A stretch of DNA of 64,000 nt from Bacteroidetes bacterium RIFCSPLOWO2_12_FULL_37_12 (GCA_001769655.1 MEPC01000042.1:164277-228276), one strand, 5' to 3'. Positions 10,467 through 21,200 are shown, counted from the stretch's first letter. Made by a program: numbers and translations. The notes: generated by a model from the sequence alone, not told the origin.

Positions 10467-10850
10467 TTATTTCTTGGCGGCTACCTTTTTCTTTCCTGCG
10501 ACTGTTTTCCTTTTCCCTTTTCTGGTTCTGGCGTTATTACGGGTTCTTTGACCACGTACCGGAAGACCCTTTCTATGCCGCTGTCCCCTGTAACATCCTA
10601 TATCCATTAACCTTTTAATATTTAATTGAACTTCCGATCTTAACGCACCTTCTACAGTGTATTCATCGCTAATAATTTTTCGGATGGCACTCCCTTCCTC
10701 GTCACTCCAGTCCTTCACTTTTTTGTCGCGGCTGACTCCGGCTTTGTCTAAGATTTTCTGAGCCAAGCTTTTTCCAACACCATACAGGTATGCTAAAGCT
10801 ATTTCTCCTCTTTTAGTATCTGGGATGTTTATTCCGGAAACGCGTGCCAT
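10467..10850 (-). CDS. rpsM: 30S ribosomal protein S13
   Basis: MARVSG and [22 protein letters not shown]. Confidence 0.99.
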   Translation of the reverse strand: MARVSGINIPDTKRGEIALAYLYGVGKSLAQKILDKAGVSRDKKVKDWSDEEGSAIRKIISDEYTVEGALRSEVQLNIKRLMDIGCYRGQRHRKGLPVRGQRTRNNARTRKGKRKTVAGKKKVAAKK

Positions 10851-10933
10851 GTTTTAATTTTTTAATTGTTTAATAATTTATAATTTTTTGAATAATTCGT
10901 CATTCCAATTCCTGAACTCTTATAACCAAACCC

Positions 10934-11050
10934 TTACCTTTGTCTTTGTTTGAACTTTGGATTTTTTTTATTAATAATATACAATCTGCCTTTCCTTCTG
11001 ACAACTATGCAGCCAACACTGCGTTTTTTAATGGATGATCTTACTTTCAT
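10934..11050 (-). CDS. rpmJ: 50S ribosomal protein L36 (not in the ORF track)
   Basis: Manual translation [38 protein letters not shown]; canonical position. Confidence 0.97.
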   Translation of the reverse strand: MKVRSSIKKRSVGCIVVRRKGRLYIINKKNPKFKQRQR

Positions 11051-11067
11051 TGTTTAAAAAAATTTCG

Positions 11068-11075
11068 CAAAGATA
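11068..11075 (-). promoter_or_regulatory. Internal -7 promoter box (TATCTTTG) upstream of rpmJ and the alpha-operon genes
   Basis: TAnnTTTG in the infA-rpmJ spacer. Confidence 0.6.
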
Positions 11076-11093
11076 CAAAATTTAAATAAATTA

Positions 11094-11312
11094 TTAATTA
11101 TACCGGAATGTTATCCTACCCCTGTTTAAATCGTATGGTGACATTTCTACAGAAACCCTATCGCCTGGCAATATTTTTATGTAGTGCATCCTCATTTTTC
11201 CGGAAATATGGGCTATAACAATATGCCCGTTTTCAAGTTTTACACGGAACATGGCATTCGACAACGCTTCAACGATAGTACCGTCTTGTTTAACAGAGAG
11301 TTGTTTAGCCAT
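11094..11312 (-). CDS. infA: Translation initiation factor IF-1
   Basis: MAKQ...[20 protein letters not shown]...GRITFRY; start corrected to give 72 aa. Confidence 0.98.
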   Translation of the reverse strand: MAKQLSVKQDGTIVEALSNAMFRVKLENGHIVIAHISGKMRMHYIKILPGDRVSVEMSPYDLNRGRITFRYN

Positions 11313-11334
11313 ATATTCCTGTTTTCCTTTAATC

Positions 11335-11386
11335 AAACCTTCAAGGTTAGCCGGCACTTCAATTCCATGCAATACCTTGAAGGTTT
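11335..11386. repeat. REP-like inverted repeat AAACCTTCAAGGT...ACCTTGAAGGTTT
   Basis: Perfect 13-bp arms with a 26-bp spacer in the map-infA spacer. Confidence 0.8.
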
Positions 11387-11463
11387 TTTTTATAACTTTT
11401 TCCTTTTTTTTCTTTTTTACATATTTTCCTGTCGTTCCTTTTTCCTTTTTATATACTTTCCTG

Positions 11464-12258
11464 TCAAACCATTTGTGCTACCTCAACCAGTGCCTCTGTT
11501 TTTTCAATATATGAAAAGGTGGTCAAAATTTCTGGTGTTCCTTTTCTAACTACTACCGTATGCTCAAAATGAGCAGATGGTTTACCGTCTTTTGTTTTAA
11601 TAGTCCAACCGTCCTTTTCTCTGAAAACATCCTTAGTCCCCATGTTAATCATGGGTTCAATCGCTATAACCAATCCGTCTCCCATCTTGTTTCCTTTACC
11701 CCTGTTGCCATAATTTGGAACCTCCGGGTCTTCATGCAGGTTTCTACCTACGCCATGTCCTACTAAATCTCTTACTATCCCATATCCGAAAGGTAAAATA
11801 TATGATTGAACAGCAAATCCTATATCCCCAACCCTATTTCCTGAAACAGCCATCTCAATTCCTTTTAATAACGATTCTTTAGTAACCGTAAGCAACTTAC
11901 TGATTTCGGGGTTAATTTCTCCTACCGTAAATGTATAAGCCGAGTCGCCAAAAAAATCATTCAATTTCACACCGCAATCAATAGAAACAATATCCCCTTC
12001 TTTTAAAAAATAGTCACCGGGAATTCCGTGAACTACCATATCGTTAACTGAAACACAAATAGAATTTGGAAATCCCCTGTAATTTTTGAACGCCGGAAAC
12101 GCATGATTATCCCGGATAAACTCATCGGCTCTGGCATCCAGTTCTATTGTCCTGACTCCTGGTAGCGCTATTTTTCCTATTTCTGCCAGGGCTTTTGAAA
12201 CCAGGTCACAACTTATTCTAATTCCCTCAATTTCTTCTTCTGTTTTAAAAAAAATCAT
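11464..12258 (-). CDS. map: Methionine aminopeptidase type I
   Basis: VVHGIPG, GHGVG, AIEPM, SAHFEHT. Confidence 0.98.
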   Translation of the reverse strand: MIFFKTEEEIEGIRISCDLVSKALAEIGKIALPGVRTIELDARADEFIRDNHAFPAFKNYRGFPNSICVSVNDMVVHGIPGDYFLKEGDIVSIDCGVKLNDFFGDSAYTFTVGEINPEISKLLTVTKESLLKGIEMAVSGNRVGDIGFAVQSYILPFGYGIVRDLVGHGVGRNLHEDPEVPNYGNRGKGNKMGDGLVIAIEPMINMGTKDVFREKDGWTIKTKDGKPSAHFEHTVVVRKGTPEILTTFSYIEKTEALVEVAQMV

Positions 12259-12266
12259 GTTCTGTG

Positions 12267-13598
12267 CTATGCGGCTATACTTGTTCTTCCTTTAATTCTC
12301 CCTGATTTCATTAATCCATCGTAATGCCTCATTAATAAATGGCTTTCGACTTGTTGCAATGTATCCAATAATACTCCAACCAGAATCAATAACGAGGTTC
12401 CTCCAAAAAATTGTGCAAACTCTGTGGTAACTCCAAACATTCTGGCAAACGCAGGTAAAACAGCTACAAGGGCAAGAAATATAGAGCCAGGGAGCGTAAT
12501 TCTTGTTAAAATGGAATCAATAAACTCAGATGTTTTTTTACCGGGTTTAACTCCAGGAATAAATCCTCCGTTACGCTTCATATCATCTGCCATCTGGTTA
12601 GGATTAATCTGTATAGCTGTATAAAAATAAGTGAATAGAATAACGAGAATTGCAAATAAAATACTGTATTGCCAGGAAGTGTGGTCTGAGAAAGTAAGTC
12701 CAATCATTTCAACCATGGAAACTTCGGGGAAGAAGGAGGCAAAAATAGAAGGTATAAACATAATGGCTTGAGCAAAAATGATAGGCATGACCCCGGCGGC
12801 ATTAATTTTTAGTGGGATGTACTGACGCTGACCACCATACACTTTATTTCCAATAATTCTTTTAGCATACTGAACGGGAATTTTCCGTGTCCCCTGCGTC
12901 AATAAAACAACCCCCATCACTGTAAAAAATAAAACGGCTATTTCGATGAGAAAAACCAACGGTTTATTGGCGGTAAATTTTGAGCTTGATTCGGCTAATA
13001 TGGAAATAGGAAGGCGTGATACAATTCCAATCATTATAATCATGGACACTCCGTTACCAATTCCCTTGTCTGTTATTTTTTCACCCAGCCATAAAACAAA
13101 CATGGTTCCGGCGGTTAAGACCACGGCGCAAATAATTACAAAAAATACTGAACTCTCTACCGCAATAGCTCCAGGATAATTATATTTTAAATTTGCCACA
13201 AAGCCCGATGCCTGCCCTGCAGTGATCAATATGGTAAGATATCGTGTGTATTGATTGATTCGTTTTCTTCCATCTTCCCCTTCTTTCTGGAGTTTTGCAA
13301 AATAAGGAACTGCAATAGCCAGCAACTGCATGACGATGGAGGCAGAAATATAAGGCATTATTCCCAAGGCAAAAATGGAAGCATTACTAAAGGCACCACC
13401 TGCAAACATATCCAACAACCCTAAAATTCCTTTTTGTGACTGTGATGTAAATTCTTCGAGGTTTCCCGGATTTATGCCTGGTAATACAATAAAGGTTCCA
13501 AGGCGATAAACCAACAAAAAACCAAGTGTGTTCAGAATCCGGACCCGTAAATCCTCAATGCTGAATATATTTTTTATAGTTTCTATTAACTTTTTCAC
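12267..13598 (-). CDS. secY: Preprotein translocase subunit SecY
   Basis: SIFALGIMPYISASI, IPGVKPG, FGGTSLLI. Confidence 0.99.
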   Translation of the reverse strand: MKKLIETIKNIFSIEDLRVRILNTLGFLLVYRLGTFIVLPGINPGNLEEFTSQSQKGILGLLDMFAGGAFSNASIFALGIMPYISASIVMQLLAIAVPYFAKLQKEGEDGRKRINQYTRYLTILITAGQASGFVANLKYNYPGAIAVESSVFFVIICAVVLTAGTMFVLWLGEKITDKGIGNGVSMIIMIGIVSRLPISILAESSSKFTANKPLVFLIEIAVLFFTVMGVVLLTQGTRKIPVQYAKRIIGNKVYGGQRQYIPLKINAAGVMPIIFAQAIMFIPSIFASFFPEVSMVEMIGLTFSDHTSWQYSILFAILVILFTYFYTAIQINPNQMADDMKRNGGFIPGVKPGKKTSEFIDSILTRITLPGSIFLALVAVLPAFARMFGVTTEFAQFFGGTSLLILVGVLLDTLQQVESHLLMRHYDGLMKSGRIKGRTSIAA

Positions 13599-13601
13599 GC
13601 T

Positions 13602-14057
13602 TTATTTTTTGATATAATTTGCCGTACCCCCTGATTTGGAGATGGCTTCCAATGCACTTTTAGAATAGGCATGTGCATGTAACTCTATGGCGGTTTTTAG
13701 TTCACCTCTACCTAGAATTTTTACAGGCATTTTTTTATTTGAAATCAATCCGTGCTCAGCCATCACCGCCAAATCCACTTTATTTATGCTGAATTTTTTT
13801 ACCATTTCTTCCAAGGTGTCAATGTTCACACAATTAAAATCATTATTTACACGGGGAGTAAATCCAAATTTTGGTAGTCGTCTGTATAAGGGGTTTTGCC
13901 CGCCTTCGTATCCTAATTTCCGTTTATAACCCGACCGGGATTGGTTACCGTTTAGCCCTCGGGTGGATGTCCCGCCATGACCGGATCCCTGACCTCTACC
14001 GATTCTTTTCGGCTTTTTGATTGAGCCAGGAGCGGGGGTTAGTTTATTGAGTAACAT
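13602..14057 (-). CDS. rplO: 50S ribosomal protein L15
   Basis: RIGRGQGSG and GYEGGQNPLYRRLPKFGF. Confidence 0.98.
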   Translation of the reverse strand: MLLNKLTPAPGSIKKPKRIGRGQGSGHGGTSTRGLNGNQSRSGYKRKLGYEGGQNPLYRRLPKFGFTPRVNNDFNCVNIDTLEEMVKKFSINKVDLAVMAEHGLISNKKMPVKILGRGELKTAIELHAHAYSKSALEAISKSGGTANYIKK

Positions 14058-14081
14058 ATACGTAATGTGAATTGTTAAAAA

Positions 14082-14258
14082 TTAGTTAATGATTTCTACT
14101 AAATGCCCTACACTTTTTATCATACCTTGTACCTGAGGTGATTCTGCTATTTCGCTGGTGTAATTTGGTCGCCCTAATCCAAGGGCTTTGATGGTCCTTC
14201 TTTCTCTTTCACTTTTGTTGGCTATACTTCGCGTTTGCCTTAATTTGATTTTGTTCAT
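14082..14258 (-). CDS. rpmD: 50S ribosomal protein L30 (not in the ORF track)
   Basis: Manual translation MNKIKLRQTRSIANKSERERRTIKALGLGRPNYTSEIAESPQVQGMIKSVGHLVEIIN. Confidence 0.95.
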   Translation of the reverse strand: MNKIKLRQTRSIANKSERERRTIKALGLGRPNYTSEIAESPQVQGMIKSVGHLVEIIN

Positions 14259-14305
14259 TGTTTCAGCGTATTATTGTTTAATTTTTACACAAATAAGAAC
14301 CAGAA

Positions 14306-14824
14306 CTATCCTTGGAACACTTTACTGATACTAATTCCTCTTTGCTGAGCCACCGTTACAGGATCTCTCATATTCATCAATGCATCAAAAGTTGCCTTTA
14401 CCACATTATGCGGATTAGAAGAACCTTTTGATTTTGCAAGAACATCTTTAATACCTGCACTTTCGAGCACAGCACGCATGGCGCCACCTGCAATTACACC
14501 GGTTCCGGGAGCCGCAGGTTTTAAAAATACTTTTCCCCCGTCATGTTTTCCGTTAATGGCATGGGGGATAGTTCCTCTTATAACAGGAACTTTTACCAGA
14601 TTTTTTTTGGCATCATCAACCCCTTTCGAAATAGCATCTACCACTTCATTAGCTTTACCGAGTCCATACCCAACGACTCCGTTGGAATTTCCAACTACTA
14701 CAACCGCCGCGAAACTAAATCTCCTGCCGCCTTTTACAACTTTTGCTACCCGGTTAACACTCACTACCCTTTCTGTTAATTCCATTTCACTGGTCTTGAT
14801 TCTGCCTACGTTTTGTGATTTCAT
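14306..14824 (-). CDS. rpsE: 30S ribosomal protein S5
   Basis: [16 protein letters not shown] and [13 protein letters not shown]. Confidence 0.99.
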   Translation of the reverse strand: MKSQNVGRIKTSEMELTERVVSVNRVAKVVKGGRRFSFAAVVVVGNSNGVVGYGLGKANEVVDAISKGVDDAKKNLVKVPVIRGTIPHAINGKHDGGKVFLKPAAPGTGVIAGGAMRAVLESAGIKDVLAKSKGSSNPHNVVKATFDALMNMRDPVTVAQQRGISISKVFQG

Positions 14825-14928
14825 ATTGAAGTTAAAGTTGAGGGTTAATGGTTTTAAATTATGAGAAAATTCAGGAATTAATTTGTATTAGGAAAATTTC
14901 TTATGCAACTTGTTAAGTTTAATTATTT

Positions 14929-15282
14929 TTAGAAAACCAACCCACCTTCTCTGGCGCCATCCGCCACAGCTTTCACTCTTCCATGATATTGGTAACCACC
15001 GCGGTCAAATACCACCGATTTTACTCCTCCTGAAATGGCTTTTTCTGCCAAAAGTTTTCCCACTAATTTAGCTTTTTCCGCTTTTTTTGTTTTTTCAGGA
15101 AATTCCTGTTTAATGGAGGATTGGCTATATAAGGTAATCCCTTTTGAATCGTCAATCAATTGGGCATATATTTCCTTGTTACTTCTGAAAACGGATAACC
15201 GGGGTCTGGATTCGTTTCCCCTAACAATGCTTTTTATTTTTCTTCGTATCCGGTTTCTTCTGAGTATGGTCTTGGATTTCAT
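14929..15282 (-). CDS. rplR: 50S ribosomal protein L18
   Basis: RPRLSVFRSNK and FDRGGYQYHGRV. Confidence 0.99.
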   Translation of the reverse strand: MKSKTILRRNRIRRKIKSIVRGNESRPRLSVFRSNKEIYAQLIDDSKGITLYSQSSIKQEFPEKTKKAEKAKLVGKLLAEKAISGGVKSVVFDRGGYQYHGRVKAVADGAREGGLVF

Positions 15283-15376
15283 GACTAAATAGTGTGTATC
15301 AAATGATTACAAATATACTAAATGAAAATGCGTATAGGGTATAAGGTACGAATAAAGTTACATTTTCTCTATACCA

Positions 15377-15934
15377 TTACTTCTTAGCGGCGGCTGTTTT
15401 ACCTGCTTTCTTCCTGATTATCTCCGTTGAATATTTTATACCTTTTCCTTTATAGGGCTCCGGTTTTCTGAATCCACGGATTTTAGCGCCGATTTGTCCT
15501 AATAATTGTTTATCAATACATTCTAAATAAATAGTCGGATTTCCCCCTTTTGGAATTTCTGTTTTGATCTTCACTTCTTTGGGTAACTGAAACATAATAT
15601 TGTGAGAAAAACCAATACTTAAATCAAGCACATTTCCTTGCAAAATTGACTTAAATCCAACTCCGATTAATTCCAAATTCATTTTATAACCTTCCGAAAC
15701 CCCTTTTACCATGCTCGCTATCTGTGCGCGGGTGGTTCCATGCAATGATTTATGTCGCTTCTGATCCGAAGGTCTGGTGATTGAAATTTGATTGTCCTTA
15801 ATGTTTACTTTTATTTCAGGGTCTATGGATTGTGATAAAGAACCCAAGGGTCCTTTTACCATAACAGAATTATCTTTTAATTCCAATTGAACATTTTTTG
15901 GAATAAATATGGTTTTATTTCCTATCCTCGACAT
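15377..15934 (-). CDS. rplF: 50S ribosomal protein L6
   Basis: MSRIG and PEPYKGKGI. Confidence 0.99.
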   Translation of the reverse strand: MSRIGNKTIFIPKNVQLELKDNSVMVKGPLGSLSQSIDPEIKVNIKDNQISITRPSDQKRHKSLHGTTRAQIASMVKGVSEGYKMNLELIGVGFKSILQGNVLDLSIGFSHNIMFQLPKEVKIKTEIPKGGNPTIYLECIDKQLLGQIGAKIRGFRKPEPYKGKGIKYSTEIIRKKAGKTAAAKK

Positions 15935-15938
15935 AACA

Positions 15939-16018
15939 TTTAATCTTTTTAGGGTTTAATCTATTTAGGGTTTAATCTATTTAAGGTTTAATCTATTTAA
16001 GGTTTAATCAATTTAATT
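15939..16018. repeat. Five 16-bp tandem units (tttaatct-atttaRgg) in the rpsH-rplF spacer
   Basis: Read directly; alternating 8+8 structure with degenerate end units. Confidence 0.85.
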
Positions 16019-16033
16019 TTTACTATTAATTTA

Positions 16034-16429
16034 CTAGTAAACGTAACACAACACCTCTCCACCAATTTTTTTCTTTTTAGCTTCCTTATCACTCATAACT
16101 CCGTGGGAAGTTGACATAATGGCGATACCTAATCCATTAAGCACTCTTGGAATTTTTTTATTTCCGGCAAACAACCTTAGCCCGGGTTTGCTCGCTCTTT
16201 GTATTTTTAAGATAGCCGGAACCTTTCCGGATTGGCCGTATTTTAAAGCAATTTTAATGACCCCCGGCTTGGTGGTATCATCCACTTTATAATTATCAAT
16301 ATACCCTTTTTGATATAAAACTTTGGTCATCTCCTTTTTCAGGTTCGAAGCGGGTATTTCAACGACTCTGTGCCTGGCTTTCAAGGAGTTCCTGAGACGG
16401 GTAAGAAAATCTGCTACGGGGTCTGTCAT
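16034..16429 (-). CDS. rpsH: 30S ribosomal protein S8
   Basis: MTDPVADFLTRLRN, SKPGLR, GGEVLCYV. Confidence 0.99.
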   Translation of the reverse strand: MTDPVADFLTRLRNSLKARHRVVEIPASNLKKEMTKVLYQKGYIDNYKVDDTTKPGVIKIALKYGQSGKVPAILKIQRASKPGLRLFAGNKKIPRVLNGLGIAIMSTSHGVMSDKEAKKKKIGGEVLCYVY

Positions 16430-16515
16430 GGTTTTTTGTTAATTTAATACCCTTTCTGGGATTGTTTTACTACGTGTTTAATACACAAACAAGGTTCTCC
16501 AATTCAAAAGGGAGG

Positions 16516-16523
16516 CAAAGGTA
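16516..16523 (-). promoter_or_regulatory. -7 promoter box (TACCTTTG) upstream of rpsH
   Basis: TAnnTTTG about 87 bp upstream of rpsH; no rpsN upstream. Confidence 0.65.
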
Positions 16524-16602
16524 CAGTAAATAGTTATAAAAACAAAATAATTGTAATTATTTAAAAATAAACAGCTAACAATCGGGTTTGTCTATATGAT
16601 GT

Positions 16603-16826
16603 TTGTTCGATTGTTCAATTGTTCGATTGTTCAAATGTTCAATTGTTCAATTGTTCGATTGTTCAAATGTTCAATTGTTCAATTGTTCGATTGTTCAAAT
16701 GTTCAATTGTTCGATTGTTCAAATGTTCAATTGTTCAATTGTTCAAATGTGCAGTTGTTCAATTGTTCGATTGTTCAATTGTTCAGTTGTTCAATTGTTC
16801 GATTGTTCAATTGTTCGATTGTTCGT
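16603..16826. repeat. 28 x 8-bp tandem array (ttgttcaa / ttgttcga / atgttcaa variants)
   Basis: Uninterrupted period-8 array counted directly. Confidence 0.97.
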
Positions 16827-16839
16827 TACTTTGCGGATT

Positions 16840-18279
16840 ATGTTTAGAGGCAATATAATCTTTATACTTTTCCTGTTTTCTTTCCAGATAGCGCCGGCAC
16901 AGCAAGATCCCAAATGTTCGGCTTTTGAAAAAGTTAACCTAAGTTTTTACAATTTAGAGTCATCTAAAACCCGGAAATTTGATAACACAGACAGTTTAAT
17001 GGCTTATCGTATATATAAAAGAGCCAAAAAGTGTTATTACAGTCAGAAGTTTGACAGCGTTTTGTATTATTTGGCTACTTCAAAACCACTTTTTAAGCAA
17101 TTGGGTTACGCCTACGATTATGTATGGTGCTCATTGATGTCTGTAAATATTTGTAAATCAAAAGCTGATTATCCCAACGCTTTTAATTTTCTGAAAGAAG
17201 CAGAACAATCCATAAAAGAATTTCCGGGTATTGAAAAGAATACATTAGGCGCTGTTTACAGTTATTATGGAATAATATACTCCGAATTAGGATATTTTGA
17301 TGAAGGGATGAACTATTTTTTGAAGGACATGGACTTTGCCAAAAAAAATGAAACTGATGATTTATCTAATCTGAGTGGGAAGTATAATAATCTCGGTCAG
17401 ATTTATAAAATCAGGGGAGATTTTGATAAAGCACTTGAAAATTATCAGACAGCTCTTGAAATATCTATTCAAAATCCTGATATTCCAGAAACAGAATTTC
17501 ATAATACTTATCATAATTTGGGTAATTTTTATTTGGATTTGGGAGATCTTGAAAATGCATTTATTTATTTAGAAAAAGCACTTTCAATCAGGTTAAAAAA
17601 TTTAGGAGAATCCCATTCGGAAACTGCTAATACACTTAATGATATCGGGAATTTGTTTGAGGAAAAAGAGGATTATCTGATTGCAGAACAATATTACCAG
17701 AAATCACTCGCAATTTATATGAAAATTTTTGGGTTGGACCATCCTTTGGTAATTGGTTCTGTAATTAACTTGTCTACTAATTTTGCCAGCAGAGGGGAAT
17801 ATCAACGATGTCTTGATTCTTTAATAATAGCTACAGAAAGGGTAAGAAACAACTATAGTGACTTTCATCCTCTACTGGAGGGGTTATATTCAAATTTAGG
17901 TAATACATTGGTCTTAATAAAAAAATTCTCCCAAGCTAAAATATATTTTGAAAAATCGTTAGTTATTAGTTATTCAATGTATGGAAGAAAATCAAACGAG
18001 GCGGCTTTGGATTTAAAAAATCTTGGGATTTTATATGAACAATTATCGCTTCATTCCGATAGCATTCCTGTTAAAAACAGCATGGATTCATCTTTGTATT
18101 ATTTTCAATCGGCTTTAGAGGCATTGGTACAAAATTTTAATTCCATTGATGTTTATAAAAATCCACCGCTTGTAAAAATAAACTCACAGCCGGAACTACT
18201 GAATGTACTTATATGGAAAGCAGATATGCTGGTATCGAGATGCGAATATGCTAATGGAAATTTACGTTCTTTTAAATAA
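16840..18279 (+). CDS. Secreted TPR-repeat protein, probably the truncated N-terminal part of a TPR-CHAT protein
   Basis: Signal peptide MFRGNIIFILFLFSFQIAPAQQ, then kinesin-light-chain-like TPRs. Ends overlapping the convergent gene. Start moved downstream of the repeat array. Confidence 0.75.
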   Translation: MFRGNIIFILFLFSFQIAPAQQDPKCSAFEKVNLSFYNLESSKTRKFDNTDSLMAYRIYKRAKKCYYSQKFDSVLYYLATSKPLFKQLGYAYDYVWCSLMSVNICKSKADYPNAFNFLKEAEQSIKEFPGIEKNTLGAVYSYYGIIYSELGYFDEGMNYFLKDMDFAKKNETDDLSNLSGKYNNLGQIYKIRGDFDKALENYQTALEISIQNPDIPETEFHNTYHNLGNFYLDLGDLENAFIYLEKALSIRLKNLGESHSETANTLNDIGNLFEEKEDYLIAEQYYQKSLAIYMKIFGLDHPLVIGSVINLSTNFASRGEYQRCLDSLIIATERVRNNYSDFHPLLEGLYSNLGNTLVLIKKFSQAKIYFEKSLVISYSMYGRKSNEAALDLKNLGILYEQLSLHSDSIPVKNSMDSSLYYFQSALEALVQNFNSIDVYKNPPLVKINSQPELLNVLIWKADMLVSRCEYANGNLRSFK

Positions 18280-21200
18280 CCTCCTCTTAAACACCCCCTC
18301 CAAATACCGGTGCATCGGAAATATTACCATCGCCAATCCCGCATTAATCAGCAGTTTATAAAACGGTGCACCGCCTGTCCATACATCTATTTTGCTATCA
18401 AACAAGGTCAATATAAATTCAAAAAACAAAAGGAACGGAATGAACACGAGAAGCCCTACTAAGTTCGGAGGTAATTGAAATCTTCCCAACAAGAATACAA
18501 TTCCAAAAACAACAAATAATCCAATCATAATAACTGAATTCTGAAGTTTATCACGTCTGTCAACTACCACTGCCTCCTGCCGCTTTTTCTCCCTCTCCTC
18601 CTGTTCTTTCACAATCATTGCCTTTTCAAATTCATATTTCGTTTGTTGACGAATGGTAGCTTTTTGGGTTTCTTTATTTAAAACACTGTCGCGGTTTACA
18701 ATAAATACTTCATACATTTTTAACGCCGCCTTCCAGAGTGACACTTGTTTTTGTAGGGGAATACTATTCGTTTTTGCTTCCATGCGATATACATTACTCA
18801 GCCGATAGGAGGCATCCCTGATTTTTGCAGGAATTTCTAATTCATTTGCTATTTTTAAACCCATTTCACCAAATAACTTAGCGCTATCTAACTGCATAAC
18901 GAGTAATTTTAGATTCGTAAGTCCTAACAAAGCAAAACATTGCCAATACCTATCATCAATTTCTTTACTTAATATTAAACTTTTATGAAAATACTCATTC
19001 GATAGTAAAATATTCCTTTGACGAACAGAATCTATGGTAGAGATTTCACTTTGATTGGAATACATTTCTCCGAGATTATGGTAGCAAACAGCTATTCCCT
19101 GTTTGTTTCCTGTTGCTTCCTGAATCTTTAAACTTTCGTGATAATATTTCATAGCGGAAATAAAATCATTTTTATTGTCATAAATGATTCCCATATTGTT
19201 TAAACATGCGGCAATGCCTTTTTTATCGTTGATTTTTTCGTATGCCATTAAACTTCTTTGATAATATTCAATCGCATGGGCAGTGTCATTTTGATTTTTA
19301 TAAATGATACCAATATTGTTTAAGCTTTGTGCGATTCCATATACATCACCTATTGCTTCACGGATTTTTAAACTATTGTGATGGTATTTCAAGGCATTAA
19401 CAATGTCTCCAAGTTCATTGTAAATGAACCCTAAATTGTTATACCCGACAGCGATAGCTTTTTTATCGCCTATCTCTTCCTGAATCTTTAAACTCTTTAA
19501 ATGATATTCCAATGCCATAGCTATATTTCCTTGATCATGGTAGATAATCCCTGTATTATTTAAGGTTTCAGCAAGTCCTTTTTTTCCTTTCAACCTAATT
19601 TTTTCATTTCTGTTTTTTGAAATATGTTGCGCCAGCTTCATGGCTTGTTTGTTGTATTGATGCCATATTTTATCATCTTCAATGGTTTCGACCAATTCAA
19701 TTAATACATTCAATTTTGCGGTATCGTGTTGTGCAATTTTTAATTCGTTTAACAATGAGTCCGTTACCGATTGCTGGTAACTGGTTGCTGGTTGTCGGAA
19801 ACCGGTAACAAGAATCCAGAAACAAATAACCATCAGCAACGACATTCCGGTTTTGTTCCCGCCTTCGTTTGTGTCCTCACAAACGATGTCCCTCTCCCCC
19901 TTAAAAAGCCGTTTCTTAAATACGCTCTCCAAAAACCTGTGTAGAGGAAAAATCATCATCGCTAATAAAGCATTGATAAACAGTTTATAAAACGGAGCTC
20001 CGCCGGTCCACATATTTATTGTATTATCAAGCAGTGTCAATATAAATTCAAAAAGCAGAAGAAAAGGAATGAAAATGAGAAGTTCAACAACACGGTGGGA
20101 CAATCGAATTCTTCCCATCATAAAAACAATTCCAAAAACCACAAACAATCCGAGCATTATTACCGAATTTTGCAATTTATCACGCCTGCTTACTGCTGAC
20201 TGCTCCTGCCGCTTTTTCTCCTTTTCCTTCTGCTCTTTCACTAACATTTCCTTTTCAAATTCATATTTCGTTTGCTGGCGGATAGCGGCTTTTTGAGTTT
20301 CTTTATTCAGCACGCTATCGCGGTTTACTATATATAGCTCATACATTTTCAATGCTTCTTGCCAGAGTGACACTTGTTTTTGGAGAGGGATTCCGGAAAC
20401 GAGGGCTTGTTTGCGGGAGATGGTGCTGATCAGTTCAGCAGCATTTCGTGTAAATTCAGGATAACCAAATTCCTTAACTATATTCATACTTTGTTTAGCG
20501 TATAGTTCGGCGCTATCTAATTGATCTGCTTTCAATTTTATTTTACTCATCCAACGTAAAGCTTCAGATTGCCAAAGCCTGTCATTAGATTCATTGCTCA
20601 TGATCATACTTTTTCTAAAAAACTCTGTAGCGAGGGAAATGTTTGTTTTGTTTTGCAAATCAGTGTTTTGAGTTTCCACTTGTTTTTCATAAATAGACCC
20701 TATATTAATTAAGCTAACGCCTATTCCAGGTTTGTCTCCAATCTCTTCCTGAATCTTTAAACTTTTATGAAAAAATTTTAGAGCATCTGCCAACTCTCTT
20801 TGATTACTATAGATCAGTCCTATGTTGTTTGAGATTAGAGCTATTCCTTGTTTATCTCCAATTTCTTCGCAAATCTTTAAACTTTTATGATAGTAATTTA
20901 AACTTTGTATAAAATCTTTTTGTACTTGATAGATGTTTGCTATGCTGATCAAGCTATAAGCCATTCCTTGTTTATCTCCAATTTTTTCTTGAGTTTTTAA
21001 ACTTTTATAAAGAAAATCTAAAGAATGTACTATGTCTCCTTGATTATTGAAATTGTTACCAATGTTCCAACAGGTTTCTGATATTCCTTTTTTATCTCCG
21101 ATTTCTTCCATAATAGCCAAACCTTTATTATAATAATCCAAAGCCATTAGGATATTTCCTTTAGTTTGGTAGATAAATCCAATAATAATTAAACATTTTC

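Noticed and set aside
11313-11372. N-terminal extension of IF-1
   Set aside because: It comes from the palindromic spacer; the canonical MAKQ start gives 72 aa.
16603-16826. CRISPR array (also considered for 40050..40176 and 57776..57863)
   Set aside because: The units are short and contiguous with no unique spacers, and there are no cas genes.
16596-16858. Cys-rich repeat ORFs (FNCSIVQL...) and the 79-aa extension of the TPR protein
   Set aside because: They are translation artefacts of the stop-free 8-bp array. A proper signal peptide begins at 16840.
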